Shown: positions 23,456 to 34,266 of the stretch, piece by piece
How the letters are laid out: each line of letters starts with the position of its first letter
Position numbering within the stretch: position 1 is the stretch's first letter
NCBI GenBank assembly: GCA_027320085.1
Contig: DAHVLZ010000009.1
Coordinates: forward strand, 330,666 to 394,665
Length of the DNA: 64,000 nt
Direction of reading: 5' to 3'
DNA from: Pseudomonadota bacterium
GTDB lineage: Bacteria > Pseudomonadota > Gammaproteobacteria > JAKAQQ01
Program-made: the position numbers and the translations under genes
The notes under the pieces: model-generated
Told to the model about the DNA's origin: nothing
What the model saw: only the letters and a program-made list of their open reading frames with translations
Database searches by the model: none

Positions 23456-25873
23456 TTAGCTGGCGCCTTTCACTTGTAGGCTTTTTTCCAAGTCAAGCAC
23501 ACGCAGCGTGGTGGACACCAGCGTATCCGGGTTGAGGCTGACTGAGTCAATCCCCAATTGGATCAGGAAATCGGCCATCTCCGGGTAATCTGACGGAGCC
23601 TGGCCGCACAGACCGGAGTGAATTCCATTGCGACGGCAACCCAAGACAGCCTGCCGGATCATTTCCATAACGGCTGGATCCCGTTCATCGTACTCAAAAG
23701 CCACCATCGCGGAATCACGGTCCACTCCGAGCGTCAACTGGGTTAGATCGTTGCTTCCAATCGAGAACCCGTCAAAGCGCTTGGCAAATTCATCGATCAA
23801 AATCACGTTGCTTGGAACCTCACACATCGCGTAGAGGCGGAGGCCCCGCTGCCCGCGGGCTAGCCCGAGATCAGCCATTCGGGCGAGAATCCGGTCCGCC
23901 TCTTCAAGGCGCCGAACGAAGGGGATCATGAGAACCACGTTTTCAAAGCCCCAATCTTCTCGGACCCGGCGCATGGCCGCACATTCCAGAGCGAAGCCTT
24001 CCCGATAGGAGGGATGGTCATAGCGGGAAGCCCCCCGGAAACCCAGCATGGGATTTTCTTCGACGGGTTCGAAACTGCGTCCACCCAGCAACGAGGCGTA
24101 CTCGTTGGACTTAAAATCCGACATGCGGACCACGACCGGCTTAGGCCAGAAGGCGGCAGCGATGGTCCCGATCCCCTGAGCCAGCCGTTCCACAAAAAAA
24201 TCCTCGGGGCGATCATATCCCCGAACCAGTAGCGTTAAGGCCGCTCGATCCCGTGCATCAGTTACCCGATCGGGGTGAAGCAGGGCCAGAGGGTGTGCCC
24301 GGATGCTGCTGCTGATGATGAACTCCATTCGAGCCAATCCGACCCCGTCGTTGGGGAGAAAACTCGTCTGGAAGGCAATGTCCGGATTACCCAAGTTGAC
24401 CATGATCCGGGTCTTCGGGCGCGGAACCGCCTGGAGATCGGTGCGTCTGACCTCAAAGGGCAGGATACCGTCATAAACCACCCCGTCATCCCCTTCTGCA
24501 CACGAGACGGTAACCGCCGTGCGATCGCGGAGCTGGGTAGTGGCTTCCCCGGTGCCGACGATCGCTGGAATGCCGAGTTCCCGAGCGATGATCGCTGCAT
24601 GGCAGGTGCGCCCACCTTGATCCGTCACGATGGCAGCAGCCCGTTTCATGACCGGTTCCCAGTCCGGGGTTGTGATCTCGGAAACCAGGATGTCTCCTGT
24701 CTGAAAACTGGCAAGGGCCTCTACCGATCGGATGATTCGAGGCGAGCCTGTGGCGATCCGGTTCCCCACCGCTCGTCCGCGGACGAGCGGGGTTCCGGTT
24801 TTTTCCATGTGAAACTCTTCAAGGATTTGCCGGGGCTTGCGCGATACCACCGTTTCAGGCCGTGCCTGAACCAAGTAGAGATGGCCATCAAGCCCGTCTT
24901 TGGCCCATTCAATATCCATCGGGCGGTCCTCTCCCGCTCTGCGACTATAGTGGGTCTCAACCTTCAATGCATACTCAGTCAGAACGAAAATCTCATCGTC
25001 TGTGAGGCAGAAACGCTCCCGTTCTGACTCCGTCGTCTCCTGGATCCGGGTTCCTGAGGGTTCGGATGAACCCGCATAGACCATCTTGATCTGCTTGCTC
25101 CCGCGACGGCCGCGAAGTACGGCCTGGTGTCCCTGTTTGAAAGTGGGTTTGAAGACATAAAACTCATCCGGCTCCACTTGGCCCTGAACCAGAGTTTCGC
25201 CGAGACCCCAAGTGGCCGTGATAAAAACCACGTCCCGGAACCCGCTTTCCGTATCGAGCGTAAAAAGGACTCCACTCGAGGCTAGATCTGACCGCACCAT
25301 TTTCATGACCCCAATGGAAAGGGCCACGTCGAATTGTCCATAGCCCTGTCGGGCGCGGTAGTGGATCGCCCGATCGGTAAACAGGCTCGCAAAGCAGTGC
25401 CGACAGGATTCGCGTAAGGCGACCTCGCCCTGAATATTGAGGTAAGTTTCCTGTTGCCCCGCAAAGCTTGCCTGCGGCAGATCCTCTGCCGTAGCCGAGG
25501 ATCGGACGGCCACAGACAGTTCAGGGCCATACTCTTCTCCGAGGCGCCCATATGCCTCCAGGATCTCCCGTTCCACGGCAACTGGCAGACCTGCCGCATA
25601 AAGGATTTCCCGGGCCTGGGCTCCACGCTCTGCCAGTTCGTTTACCTGATCCGTGTTGAGCCCTGATAAGACGCGTTCCAGTTCCTGGCGCGTGTTGCCC
25701 TGATCGAGAACCGCCTGATAGGCATCGGCGGTGATGGCAAAACCGTTCGGAACACGGATACCCTGTGGTCTAAGTTCCCGATAGAGCTCTCCCAGCGACG
25801 CATTTTTGCCACCCACCAGGGGCAGATCTTTCAATCCAATCTCTTCAAAAAAACGGACATATTGCATGCTCAT
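23456..25873 (-). CDS. ppsA: Phosphoenolpyruvate synthase
   Basis: VGGKNASLGE, AVRSSATAEDLP.ASFAGQQ, GGRTCHAAI (phospho-His), FSIGSNDLTQ, CGQAPSD. Confidence 0.97.
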   Translation of the reverse strand: MSMQYVRFFEEIGLKDLPLVGGKNASLGELYRELRPQGIRVPNGFAITADAYQAVLDQGNTRQELERVLSGLNTDQVNELAERGAQAREILYAAGLPVAVEREILEAYGRLGEEYGPELSVAVRSSATAEDLPQASFAGQQETYLNIQGEVALRESCRHCFASLFTDRAIHYRARQGYGQFDVALSIGVMKMVRSDLASSGVLFTLDTESGFRDVVFITATWGLGETLVQGQVEPDEFYVFKPTFKQGHQAVLRGRRGSKQIKMVYAGSSEPSGTRIQETTESERERFCLTDDEIFVLTEYALKVETHYSRRAGEDRPMDIEWAKDGLDGHLYLVQARPETVVSRKPRQILEEFHMEKTGTPLVRGRAVGNRIATGSPRIIRSVEALASFQTGDILVSEITTPDWEPVMKRAAAIVTDQGGRTCHAAIIARELGIPAIVGTGEATTQLRDRTAVTVSCAEGDDGVVYDGILPFEVRRTDLQAVPRPKTRIMVNLGNPDIAFQTSFLPNDGVGLARMEFIISSSIRAHPLALLHPDRVTDARDRAALTLLVRGYDRPEDFFVERLAQGIGTIAAAFWPKPVVVRMSDFKSNEYASLLGGRSFEPVEENPMLGFRGASRYDHPSYREGFALECAAMRRVREDWGFENVVLMIPFVRRLEEADRILARMADLGLARGQRGLRLYAMCEVPSNVILIDEFAKRFDGFSIGSNDLTQLTLGVDRDSAMVAFEYDERDPAVMEMIRQAVLGCRRNGIHSGLCGQAPSDYPEMADFLIQLGIDSVSLNPDTLVSTTLRVLDLEKSLQVKGAS

Positions 25874-25938
25874 GGCTCCCGTTGTGGTCCGACTGGACAA
25901 TCGCCATACCCTAATCTGACATTGACCAACTCACACCT

Positions 25939-27708
25939 CTAAAAGTTGACAATATCGCCGATGACGATTGAGCTCGCAGGAACTCCGGGGGCATGCACGG
26001 TCGGAAAGGCAACGGTCAGATAGTAAACCTGCCCATAAGCACTGCGGAGATCGCCAATCCGAATCCCGCCCCCGATATCCTGATAGGTCCGGCTCCAATG
26101 TGATGGCGAGAGTTCGTCAATCCGAGCCCAATCGGCGTAAACCACGAAACCAAGAACAAACGTGTGAAAAAGCTCAATCGGGGTCACGATCCGATCCTCG
26201 ATCGTTCCCGACCAGAGACGTGTTCCTAGCCGGAAAAAATTGGGATATCCCCGAAGACCCTGGATGCCGCCAATGTAAAGCAGATTGTCAGGCACCGGAT
26301 TGACCTCGAACTGATAGCCCCCGTGGAATACCAGAGTCTGGTCTGGGAGCATCTGGTTATAGTAGGTGCCCTGAACCTCGCCAGTTTCATTCTGCCAAGC
26401 ATTTGCCTGCCGACGAGCCTCCCAGCTGGCGGAAGCCAGAAACAGATCATGCCCAAAAACCCGGGTTCCCGTATCGACCGAAAAATCCAAGGTCGAGGAT
26501 GACCCGAGACTACCGAGCCAAATAGGATCATAAGACCAACTGGCATTGATGGTCCAGCCTAGGTTATAGTCCTCGACACGGTCGATCAGCCGAATGTTCT
26601 CAAAACTCCGATACCGGTCCTGGAAAAGCTGCCAACCCACGGTCGGCCCATTTTCCGTACGGTCGACCAGCGCGAGGGGAAGCGCGCTATAGCCGGGTGT
26701 CAGACTGGATGCCCCATAGCTTTCCGAACGCCTGCTCCATCCGACGAAGAAGCGTTCTCCCGTATCATGGGAAAAACTCAGCAAGCGCCCATAGTCGACA
26801 CTGAAATCATTGATGCGGCTGGGTATGCTTTCAGCGAGTGTGCCGTTTTCAAACAGATCCAGGTTTTCCTGCTGGGAGGATCCGGTAAAGGTCAGCGCCC
26901 ACGGTTCGCGGTCGCGGTAGAAAGGTCGTCCCACCGTCAGTTCCTTGAGAAACCCGTCTGAAAAATGGTCATATTGGGCAAGACCCGTCCATCGAGTTCC
27001 CATGATGGCTGGATCCTCATAGGTGAAGAGGGTCCCGCTTCGCTCAAAGGTTTTCTCCCAGCCCACTAAAAGTACCTTGCCGAGTCCGAGGAAGTCCGTG
27101 TCCTTGACTTTATAGTGGTACTCGCTTTGTCCTCCCACATGAGTGAATTGGAAGTTCGCCTTGAGCGTCCAGGCATCCTTTTCGATGACCAGAACATTGA
27201 CCACATGTCCGTGGCAGCCATCTGGTTCGATGATCACGATACGAACAAAGGGAAGTGCGCGAAGGTTACGCTCGGTCTCGTAGAGGGTACGGGCATTCAC
27301 GGGCTCTCCGGACCTGAAGAGCAACTCGTTACGGACCACAGCCGGGAGTGTCTTGATGTGAATGAAATCGGCAAGCCGGGCATACCACGTGTTCTCACCC
27401 GGGCGAGTGGTATTGAACACGTTGACGACCCGGATCCGGATCCGGCCAACCCGGTAATGCTGGCGCGTAAACCAAGCCCACTGGTCGGCACCGTACCAAG
27501 TTCCAGCAACAGGCGACAGCCCATGCGGCAACAGTGCAAGACAACTGCGAGGTTCCTGTGCATCAAGCCCCGGCAGAGAGTGGGCGTAGACGACGGGCAG
27601 TAACAGCATCCCAACCAGCCACCAGAAGGGAGTTCGGGATATCCGCCGATCCCTACTGAAAGCTCTGTTTCGCAGCACGCACCTCAAAATTGAACTTCGC
27701 CTCCTCAA
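25939..27708 (-). CDS. Omp85/BamA-TamA-like outer-membrane protein with a single POTRA domain (start uncertain)
   Basis: POTRA-like KT..VVRNELLF..G....LYETERNLR, NFLG-like DFLGLG, loop-6 GG.QGLRGYP motif, C-terminal Phe. Confidence 0.75.
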   Translation of the reverse strand: MRRRSSILRCVLRNRAFSRDRRISRTPFWWLVGMLLLPVVYAHSLPGLDAQEPRSCLALLPHGLSPVAGTWYGADQWAWFTRQHYRVGRIRIRVVNVFNTTRPGENTWYARLADFIHIKTLPAVVRNELLFRSGEPVNARTLYETERNLRALPFVRIVIIEPDGCHGHVVNVLVIEKDAWTLKANFQFTHVGGQSEYHYKVKDTDFLGLGKVLLVGWEKTFERSGTLFTYEDPAIMGTRWTGLAQYDHFSDGFLKELTVGRPFYRDREPWALTFTGSSQQENLDLFENGTLAESIPSRINDFSVDYGRLLSFSHDTGERFFVGWSRRSESYGASSLTPGYSALPLALVDRTENGPTVGWQLFQDRYRSFENIRLIDRVEDYNLGWTINASWSYDPIWLGSLGSSSTLDFSVDTGTRVFGHDLFLASASWEARRQANAWQNETGEVQGTYYNQMLPDQTLVFHGGYQFEVNPVPDNLLYIGGIQGLRGYPNFFRLGTRLWSGTIEDRIVTPIELFHTFVLGFVVYADWARIDELSPSHWSRTYQDIGGGIRIGDLRSAYGQVYYLTVAFPTVHAPGVPASSIVIGDIVNF

Positions 27709-27842
27709 AAGGGATCAGACCACTGGTCTGGACGTGGCACAAAGCCTTTTCTGTAAACCAGTATCCATACCAGAGGCCGGTTGCCACTTTGCTTTCCCGG
27801 CTGACTGCGTCCTTCCTGGTCCCCGTACAAGAACTTGAAGGT

Positions 27843-28274
27843 TCAGGGATGTGTGTGGCCGCCGAGACAGGGGCCGATTCGAATGCCCGTAACGCGAACT
27901 CGGTAGCTCATCTCAATAGGTGTCTTCATCCGGGTATGAACCCACTCTTGTAACCGTGTTTTCTGATAAACCATTCGACCCTGGCTGATCAAATTCACGC
28001 TTGCGGAATGACATTCCATGGTCCAAGTCAGGGTATTGCCAACCATCTGGTGTTGCGTCACGCGGCACATGGATTTCTTGTAACCCGCGGGCGGCAAGGA
28101 CTCCGGCTGCCGTGACAGACAGGTGGTCTGGGTTTCCTGCCTCGCAGCCGATCTGGTTCCCGAGGTCACGACCAGCAGGCGCCACTGGCCGGGCACAAAA
28201 TCGTGACTGACGGGCCTGGCAGAAACCGGCCCGGCTGTTAGCAAAAACAGAAGCAGACCTGCAGTCCGGTTCAT
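27843..28274 (-). CDS. Secreted DUF3617-like protein
   Basis: Signal peptide MNRTAGLLLFLL, PGQW, four Cys in TCL/C/MEC and a terminal RIGPC. Confidence 0.7.
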   Translation of the reverse strand: MNRTAGLLLFLLTAGPVSARPVSHDFVPGQWRLLVVTSGTRSAARQETQTTCLSRQPESLPPAGYKKSMCRVTQHQMVGNTLTWTMECHSASVNLISQGRMVYQKTRLQEWVHTRMKTPIEMSYRVRVTGIRIGPCLGGHTHP

Positions 28275-28474
28275 GACCCCTTCCCAGCCGGATTTCCTCG
28301 GGTACGTCATCTGAAAATCTCCTCTTGGATCTCGCCCGATGATGCGGTGTGGTGTGCCCGGCTTTCCCGTGCAACCTCGCTCATTGGGGAATCCGGGGCA
28401 ACGCATCTGGACTTGGCGCATCTCCAAGATGCTCCATTGTACTGGAGAAAGATGGCATCCCGAGTCCATCGCGA

Positions 28475-29659
28475 TCAAGTCACATGAAAAGGCAGCTCAC
28501 TGGTCAGGACACGCATATCCCGGCGTTTCCAGAGCTCCCAATCTTCCTGCCCAGACACTGGTCCGAGCCGGTAGTGGGCGAAAATCTCCTCGAACAAAAT
28601 ATTGATCCCGTCCAAGACGCGTGAAGCGAGCGGACTGACGATCTCCCCCCAAATCTCCTCAGGGTTCCGGGGCGGACGCTCATGCGTGCAATCCGGTACT
28701 GGCTCAAAATGCTCAAAGTCCATTGCACCCTCAAGCAAGCGGGGGCAGAAGAGCAGCACCACACCGGGTGGGATCCGATCGGTCCCTAGACGGCATTCAT
28801 GGCACGTGATCCGTCCCTGGATCCACCGCGGGGGTAACAGCCGCCAGCATTCCGCAAGCGCGTACCGGATCCATCCCGGAACCATTTGTTCGCTAGGGAA
28901 ACGGGAAACCGCACCATGTCCCCCCTGTTCAACGAAAACAAGCAAGGCAGCAAGGATCGCCAGCTCCAGCTCAGGTCCCGCCTGGCTAAGCCAATATAAT
29001 TCGACGGACCGGCGCCCAGGTACCGCCTCCCTCCGGGCAACCTCACCGTCATGCCGACCTAAAATAGGTTGTGGAAGAACCGGGGACCAACCCGGTTTCC
29101 ACTTCCGAGAAATCACCCCACGGTGATCGGGATCGCCCAGAAAAGCCCGCCGACGGACCCGGGTGAGGGTTTCTTCAGCCACACGGCGATCCTCCTCCGC
29201 CAAGGGATCCGGGAGGAGCCCCAAATCCTCAAGAAGCAAATTGGCCATGATCCGGGCCTCGCGGGGCAGGGACAGAAGTGCCCCGGCATGCCAGTGGTTC
29301 TTGCATTGTTGTTGCCATTGATCCCGCAAAAGACCGGTGGCGCGAAACTGGAGCGGGGCAGTCCGTATTTCGGGAATGCCTGGACCACGACCGGGAAACG
29401 GGTCTACCGGCCCGCTTTCTCTGGGCCAAGGCACGAGGACATCAATTGATGGATGCAGGAGCTCCTTGATTTCCTCTGGTTTTGTCACGCACAGGTAAAG
29501 CCGGCCCCGGTGCTTCAAAAGAGACTGACCATGGGCATTGCCTTGGCACCGTTCACGGAGAAAACAGCCTAGGGCGGGATCCCAGAGCAGGATCCCACGG
29601 GAGACCCGGTCAAGACTACGGGCAAGGTCGGCGGGCAGAGGCTCAGGTTCCAGTTTCAT
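28475..29659 (-). CDS. Hypothetical protein (~394 aa)
   Basis: Long ORF co-oriented after prpD; the first non-overlapping ATG is 29659. No family recognised. Confidence 0.6.
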   Translation of the reverse strand: MKLEPEPLPADLARSLDRVSRGILLWDPALGCFLRERCQGNAHGQSLLKHRGRLYLCVTKPEEIKELLHPSIDVLVPWPRESGPVDPFPGRGPGIPEIRTAPLQFRATGLLRDQWQQQCKNHWHAGALLSLPREARIMANLLLEDLGLLPDPLAEEDRRVAEETLTRVRRRAFLGDPDHRGVISRKWKPGWSPVLPQPILGRHDGEVARREAVPGRRSVELYWLSQAGPELELAILAALLVFVEQGGHGAVSRFPSEQMVPGWIRYALAECWRLLPPRWIQGRITCHECRLGTDRIPPGVVLLFCPRLLEGAMDFEHFEPVPDCTHERPPRNPEEIWGEIVSPLASRVLDGINILFEEIFAHYRLGPVSGQEDWELWKRRDMRVLTSELPFHVT

Positions 29660-29708
29660 ACTACAACCTGAAGCGGTGCCGCCAACCGCATTCCAAACCA
29701 ATCCCAGC

Positions 29709-31160
29709 TCAACTCGAAGTGAGCAGATCCATGAGGTCGGAGACCGGCCGACCGGCCTGTTCCTGCCAGGGAGTATCCAAAAAGGCGGTGATCGCATCTG
29801 CCCGAGCCGGCGCCAGCTGGGCCAATCCCTCCCTGAATTTTCGGAGTAGCCGCGGACGCGCCTCTTCCCGTCTTTCACGGTGGCCAAGCGGAACCTCGAC
29901 TACCACCCGCTCGGTTGGGGGGCCCTCACGAAAGTGGACCTGAATGGCATTTCCAATGTAACGCTTCGCCGGATCATAGTAGTGGCGTGTAAAGTCCGGA
30001 TTTTCGACGACCCGCATCTTGGAACGGAGCCTGTCGATCCACGGGTCGGCTGCTGGGCCCTCTTCATAGTCTTGGGCCACCAACCGTCCCCTCAAAAGCG
30101 CGCTGGCTACGATGTACTGGAGACAGTGATCCCGATCGGCCGGATTTCGGAGCGGCCCGGTCTTGTCGATGATGCGGATGGCCGCACTCTGGGTTTCGAT
30201 TACGATTTCAGCGATCTCATCCAGACGATCATGAACGGAAGGGTGCAGTCGCACGGCTGCCTCGGCTGCAGTCTGTCCGTGGAATTCCGCTGGAAAGTCT
30301 ACCTTGTAAAGGATGTTCTCCATGACATAACTGCCAAGGGGCCGATTGAGCTGAAGTGGTGTGTCCCCCATGACGACCGTATTGAACCCCCAGCGGGGAG
30401 CGGAGAGAATCCGAGGATAGCCCATCTCACCACGCAAACTCAACAGCGCCAGTTCGATACTGCGACGGGAGGCATCCGCTGCCGCCCAGGATTTCCGTGA
30501 CCCGGTATTGGGATGATGCCGGTAAGCCCGGAGCGACCCTCCATCGGCAAACGCCTGGGTGAGCGCATTTTCAATGGTCGGGCGCGAACCGCCGAGAAGC
30601 CGGGTCACAAGTCCTGCTGAAGCGACTCGAACATAGACCACGTGGTCAACCCCTACTGCATTGAGCGAGTTGGTAAGGGCTAGAATGCCCTGGATCTCGT
30701 AGGCCTCGATCATCGACGACAAAAGGTCCCGGACCGTCACGACGACCGGATTTTCCCTCCGGCAGAGGTAATCGGACACGGGCAGGAGTGCCCCAAGATT
30801 GTCTGAAGGATGTGCCCACTCAGCCGCAAGCCAAGTGTCGTTGTAGTCCAGCCAGCGGATCAGGGCCCCGGTATCGAACACCGCCTTCATGAGGTCGAGC
30901 TTGAGGCTGGAACCCGGGACGCGGGCGCCCGGGCCAGGACTGACTGTACCCGGAATCCATGGACCGAGAAGCTTCGTGCAGTCCGGATGGTCGAGGGCCA
31001 TGAAGGCAACCCCGATAGAATCCCGAAGGCTCAACCAAGCCGTTTCGTAGGCTAGCGGCGGATGGACCGGGGGGGAGGCAACATACCCGGCTAATTCGGC
31101 AATGAGTGGATCCGTCTCCAGAATGGAAGAATCGGTTCCCTGGTTTCGTTTGGGACTCAC
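29709..31160 (-). CDS. prpD: 2-methylcitrate dehydratase
   Basis: IRWLDYNDTWLAAEWAHPSDN, YRH.PNTGSRKSWAA, FPAEFH, ADRDHCLQY. Confidence 0.96.
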   Translation of the reverse strand: MSPKRNQGTDSSILETDPLIAELAGYVASPPVHPPLAYETAWLSLRDSIGVAFMALDHPDCTKLLGPWIPGTVSPGPGARVPGSSLKLDLMKAVFDTGALIRWLDYNDTWLAAEWAHPSDNLGALLPVSDYLCRRENPVVVTVRDLLSSMIEAYEIQGILALTNSLNAVGVDHVVYVRVASAGLVTRLLGGSRPTIENALTQAFADGGSLRAYRHHPNTGSRKSWAAADASRRSIELALLSLRGEMGYPRILSAPRWGFNTVVMGDTPLQLNRPLGSYVMENILYKVDFPAEFHGQTAAEAAVRLHPSVHDRLDEIAEIVIETQSAAIRIIDKTGPLRNPADRDHCLQYIVASALLRGRLVAQDYEEGPAADPWIDRLRSKMRVVENPDFTRHYYDPAKRYIGNAIQVHFREGPPTERVVVEVPLGHRERREEARPRLLRKFREGLAQLAPARADAITAFLDTPWQEQAGRPVSDLMDLLTSS

Positions 31161-31163
31161 GGA

Positions 31164-32285
31164 TTATCGTTCCCGAAGGGCAGGCCACGGTCGGGGTTCA
31201 GGGCCGATGTAACCCGCGTCCGGGCGAATCAGTCGGTTGTTGGCCCTCTGCTCGAATACATGCGCCGACCATCCGCTCGTTCTGGAACAGACAAACAGTG
31301 GAGTGAAGAGCGGTGTGGGAATTCCCATGAAATGGTAGGCTGAGGCGCTGTAGAAATCCAGATTGGGAAAGAGTTTCTTCTCCTCCCACATCACCTGCTC
31401 GATCGCCTCCGAGACCGCAAAATAGTGTCGGTCGGGATGATGTTCTGAAAGCTGGCGCGACCATTCTTTGATGATGGCATTGCGGGGATCGTGGTCCCGG
31501 TAGACGCGGTGCCCGAAGCCCATGATTTTTTCCTTGGCCTCAAGTGCGCGGTGGGTTCCCTGACGGGCCGAGTCGGGCGTCTCGTAGCGCGAGATCATCT
31601 CCATGGCCGCTTCGTTGGCTCCGCCGTGGAGCGGTCCGCGCAGTGTTCCGATTGCACCCGTCAGGCAGGAATGGAAATCGGACAGCGTGCCGGCACAGAC
31701 CCGTGCGGTGAACGTCGATGCATTGAACTCGTGTTCCGCATAAAGAATGAGGGACACATCAAGGGCCCGGCACGTGAGCGCCTCCGGCTCCCGACCGTGC
31801 AACAGGGTCAGAAAATGGGAGGCAACCGATGCGCCACCTTTCCCCGTATCAATCCGCTTCCCGGACCGGTGGTAGTGATGCCAGTAAAGGAGGATGGAAG
31901 GGAAAAGTGAGAGCAGGCGGATCGCGGCAGGTACTGCTTCGCTGAAATCGGTTTCAGGCTCAAGACAGCCCAAGAAGGAACAACCGGTCCGGAGTACATC
32001 CATGGGATGGGCAGACGCGGGCAACCACTCTAAGAGGCGAGCCAGCGGTTCGGGCAGGTCCCGGGCAGACTCCAGGGCTCGGACAAAACCGGCAAGCGCC
32101 TCGCGGTTCGGCGCACATCCATAAAGGAGTAGGTAGGCTACTTCTTCGAAGCTGGCGTCCCGAGCCAGCGACTCGATCGGATAGCCGCGGTAAGTGAGCC
32201 CGACTCCTTCCTTTCCAACCGTGGAGATTGACGTTTCGCCGGCGATGACGCCAGCCAGTCCACCGGTTTTTTTGCTCTCAGTCAT
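31164..32285 (-). CDS. prpC: 2-methylcitrate synthase
   Basis: [41 protein letters not shown]; lies between prpB and prpD. Confidence 0.94.
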   Translation of the reverse strand: MTESKKTGGLAGVIAGETSISTVGKEGVGLTYRGYPIESLARDASFEEVAYLLLYGCAPNREALAGFVRALESARDLPEPLARLLEWLPASAHPMDVLRTGCSFLGCLEPETDFSEAVPAAIRLLSLFPSILLYWHHYHRSGKRIDTGKGGASVASHFLTLLHGREPEALTCRALDVSLILYAEHEFNASTFTARVCAGTLSDFHSCLTGAIGTLRGPLHGGANEAAMEMISRYETPDSARQGTHRALEAKEKIMGFGHRVYRDHDPRNAIIKEWSRQLSEHHPDRHYFAVSEAIEQVMWEEKKLFPNLDFYSASAYHFMGIPTPLFTPLFVCSRTSGWSAHVFEQRANNRLIRPDAGYIGPEPRPWPALRER

Positions 32286-33190
32286 CGGGGCTTCTCCTCG
32301 GAAAATGATGCAGGTATCGGTTGCGCACCAAAAAGCTGATCGAGCTTCCGTTCGTATTCCCAATACGCGAGCACCTGGTAAAGGGCATCACGGGTCTGGA
32401 GCCGGTCCATGATCGACTTCTGGCTCCCGATCTGGCGGATCGTTGCGTAGGTTTCCTGTGCAGCCAATCCCATTGCACGGAATGCGGTCAAGGGATAGAG
32501 CACAAGACGGACCCCTGCCGCGCGGAATTCATCACGATCAAAAATCGGTGTCCGTCCAAACTCGGTGGCATTGGCAAGCACTGGAACAGAAACTGCCCGT
32601 GCTAGAGCTGCATAGGATTCGAGGTCGGTCAGCGCCTCTGCAAAAATGGAGTCCGCCCCCACCTCGACATAGGCCTGAGCCCGCTGGATTACCCCTTCCA
32701 GCCCTTCACTCGCGAACGCATCCGTTCGGGCCATGACAACCTGATCCGGATCGGTTCGCGCATCGACCGTGGCCCGGATTCGATCCTGCATCTCGGTGAC
32801 ACTGACAAGCTGTTTGCCCGGGCGATGCCCACATCGCTTCGCTGATATCTGATCTTCGATGTGAAAAGCAGCAACGCCCACCCGGGTCAACTCGTGGACC
32901 ATGCGGGCAATGTTGAGGGCGGTGCCAAACCCCGTATCGACGTCCACCAAGAGCGGAAGTGATGTCACGTCGGTAATACGTCGGGCCTCCTCCACCACCT
33001 CGCTAAGCGTGGTCAGCGCCAGGTCTGGCAGTCCAAAGGCTGCGTTGGCCACACCCGCACCTGACAGGTAGAGAGCACGGAAACCCGCTTCTCCGGCCAG
33101 CCGGGCACAGTAGGCGTTGATCACTCCGACCACCTGCAACGGACACTCCGTGTCCCAGGCAGCTCGGAACCGTTGTCCCGGGGTCATCAC
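32282..33190 (-). CDS. prpB: 2-methylisocitrate lyase
   Basis: [47 protein letters not shown]. Confidence 0.96.
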   Translation of the reverse strand: MMTPGQRFRAAWDTECPLQVVGVINAYCARLAGEAGFRALYLSGAGVANAAFGLPDLALTTLSEVVEEARRITDVTSLPLLVDVDTGFGTALNIARMVHELTRVGVAAFHIEDQISAKRCGHRPGKQLVSVTEMQDRIRATVDARTDPDQVVMARTDAFASEGLEGVIQRAQAYVEVGADSIFAEALTDLESYAALARAVSVPVLANATEFGRTPIFDRDEFRAAGVRLVLYPLTAFRAMGLAAQETYATIRQIGSQKSIMDRLQTRDALYQVLAYWEYERKLDQLFGAQPIPASFSEEKPR

Positions 33191-33231
33191 TCATCTCCAG
33201 TGTACGACCGTGTATTTTACACTGTGACCGG

Positions 33232-34266
33232 TCAAAGTTCCGAGTGGATGCGAACTACGATTCGTCCGAAATGCGGGGGATACTTCGGGGACGCAAAGAA
33301 AGTGGGTAGTTCATCAAAAGCCAGTTGATGAGGAGCCATTCGCGCAAGCGCCCGAGGTCGCCAGGCGTTGGCCAGACGAGTCCAGAGGTCTCGCCGGACA
33401 GCCGGTTCTACCTGAGTCGAGTTGATCCCGATCAAACGCACGCCACGCAGGATAAATGGGAAAACAGAGGTTTCAAGTCGTGGGGATGCGGCCATACCAA
33501 TGGCAGCAATCACTGCCTGAGGCCGTGCAGAGCGGATCATCCAGGAAAGGACCGATCCACCCAGATTGTCGACACCTGCTGCCCATTGTCCACGGAGCAT
33601 CGGTCGAGGGTTCAGATCAGCCCCAATTTCAGTAGAGTCGAGCACTTCGCGAGCACCAAGATCCAGAAGCTCGCGTTGCCAGGAACCCTGACGGGTTAGC
33701 GCAGTGACCGTATATCCCTGTCCAGCTAATAAATCCACCATGAAACAGCCGACCCCACCATTCGCCCCACTCACGACCACTGATCCGGATTCGGGTCCAA
33801 CCCTCCCCTCCCGGATTGCCTGGTAAGCCAAGGCTGCCGTGAATCCCGCAGTCCCAATCTGCATTGCCTCAAGTGGGGTAAACAGAGGATCCAGTCTGAC
33901 CAGTTGTTCGGGATCGAGCCGTGTGTACTCGGCATATCCACCGTCGCGCGTCTCGCCTAACCCACCTCCGACAGCAGCCACCTGACAGCCCACCGGAAAG
34001 ACGGGATCCCCGGAATCAATGACCTCCCCCGAGAGATCAATCCCCCCGACCAACTGGCTCCTCCTCAGAATTTGGCCCCTCCCGGTCGCTGCCAGAAGAT
34101 CTTTGTAGTTGATGCCCGAGTAGTGAACACGGATTCCAATGGATCCCGGATCCAATGTCTCCCATGAAATTCGCTCCTGACAGACCTCGATACCCCCTGC
34201 TTCCTGGCGAAAGCGAAGTACACGAAAGGGTTTGTCCGGGATGCTCACGGTTGGCGCGAGATCCAA
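33232..34266 (-). CDS. acuI: YhdH/AcuI-family acryloyl-CoA reductase (MDR superfamily)
   Basis: YSGINYKD.LA..G, GIDLSG, AMQIGTAGFTA, GANGGVG, TSVFPFILRGVRLIGINS. Confidence 0.82.
   Translation of the reverse strand: MDLAPTVSIPDKPFRVLRFRQEAGGIEVCQERISWETLDPGSIGIRVHYSGINYKDLLAATGRGQILRRSQLVGGIDLSGEVIDSGDPVFPVGCQVAAVGGGLGETRDGGYAEYTRLDPEQLVRLDPLFTPLEAMQIGTAGFTAALAYQAIREGRVGPESGSVVVSGANGGVGCFMVDLLAGQGYTVTALTRQGSWQRELLDLGAREVLDSTEIGADLNPRPMLRGQWAAGVDNLGGSVLSWMIRSARPQAVIAAIGMAASPRLETSVFPFILRGVRLIGINSTQVEPAVRRDLWTRLANAWRPRALARMAPHQLAFDELPTFFASPKYPPHFGRIVVRIHSEL

Noticed and set aside
27843-28478. N-terminal extensions given by the ORF track for DUF3617, parB, prpC, the MBL hydrolase, the porin, rpmH and the CA
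   Set aside because: They overlap upstream genes or promoters, or bury signal peptides; downstream starts fit family N-termini and, mostly, SD or coupling signals.
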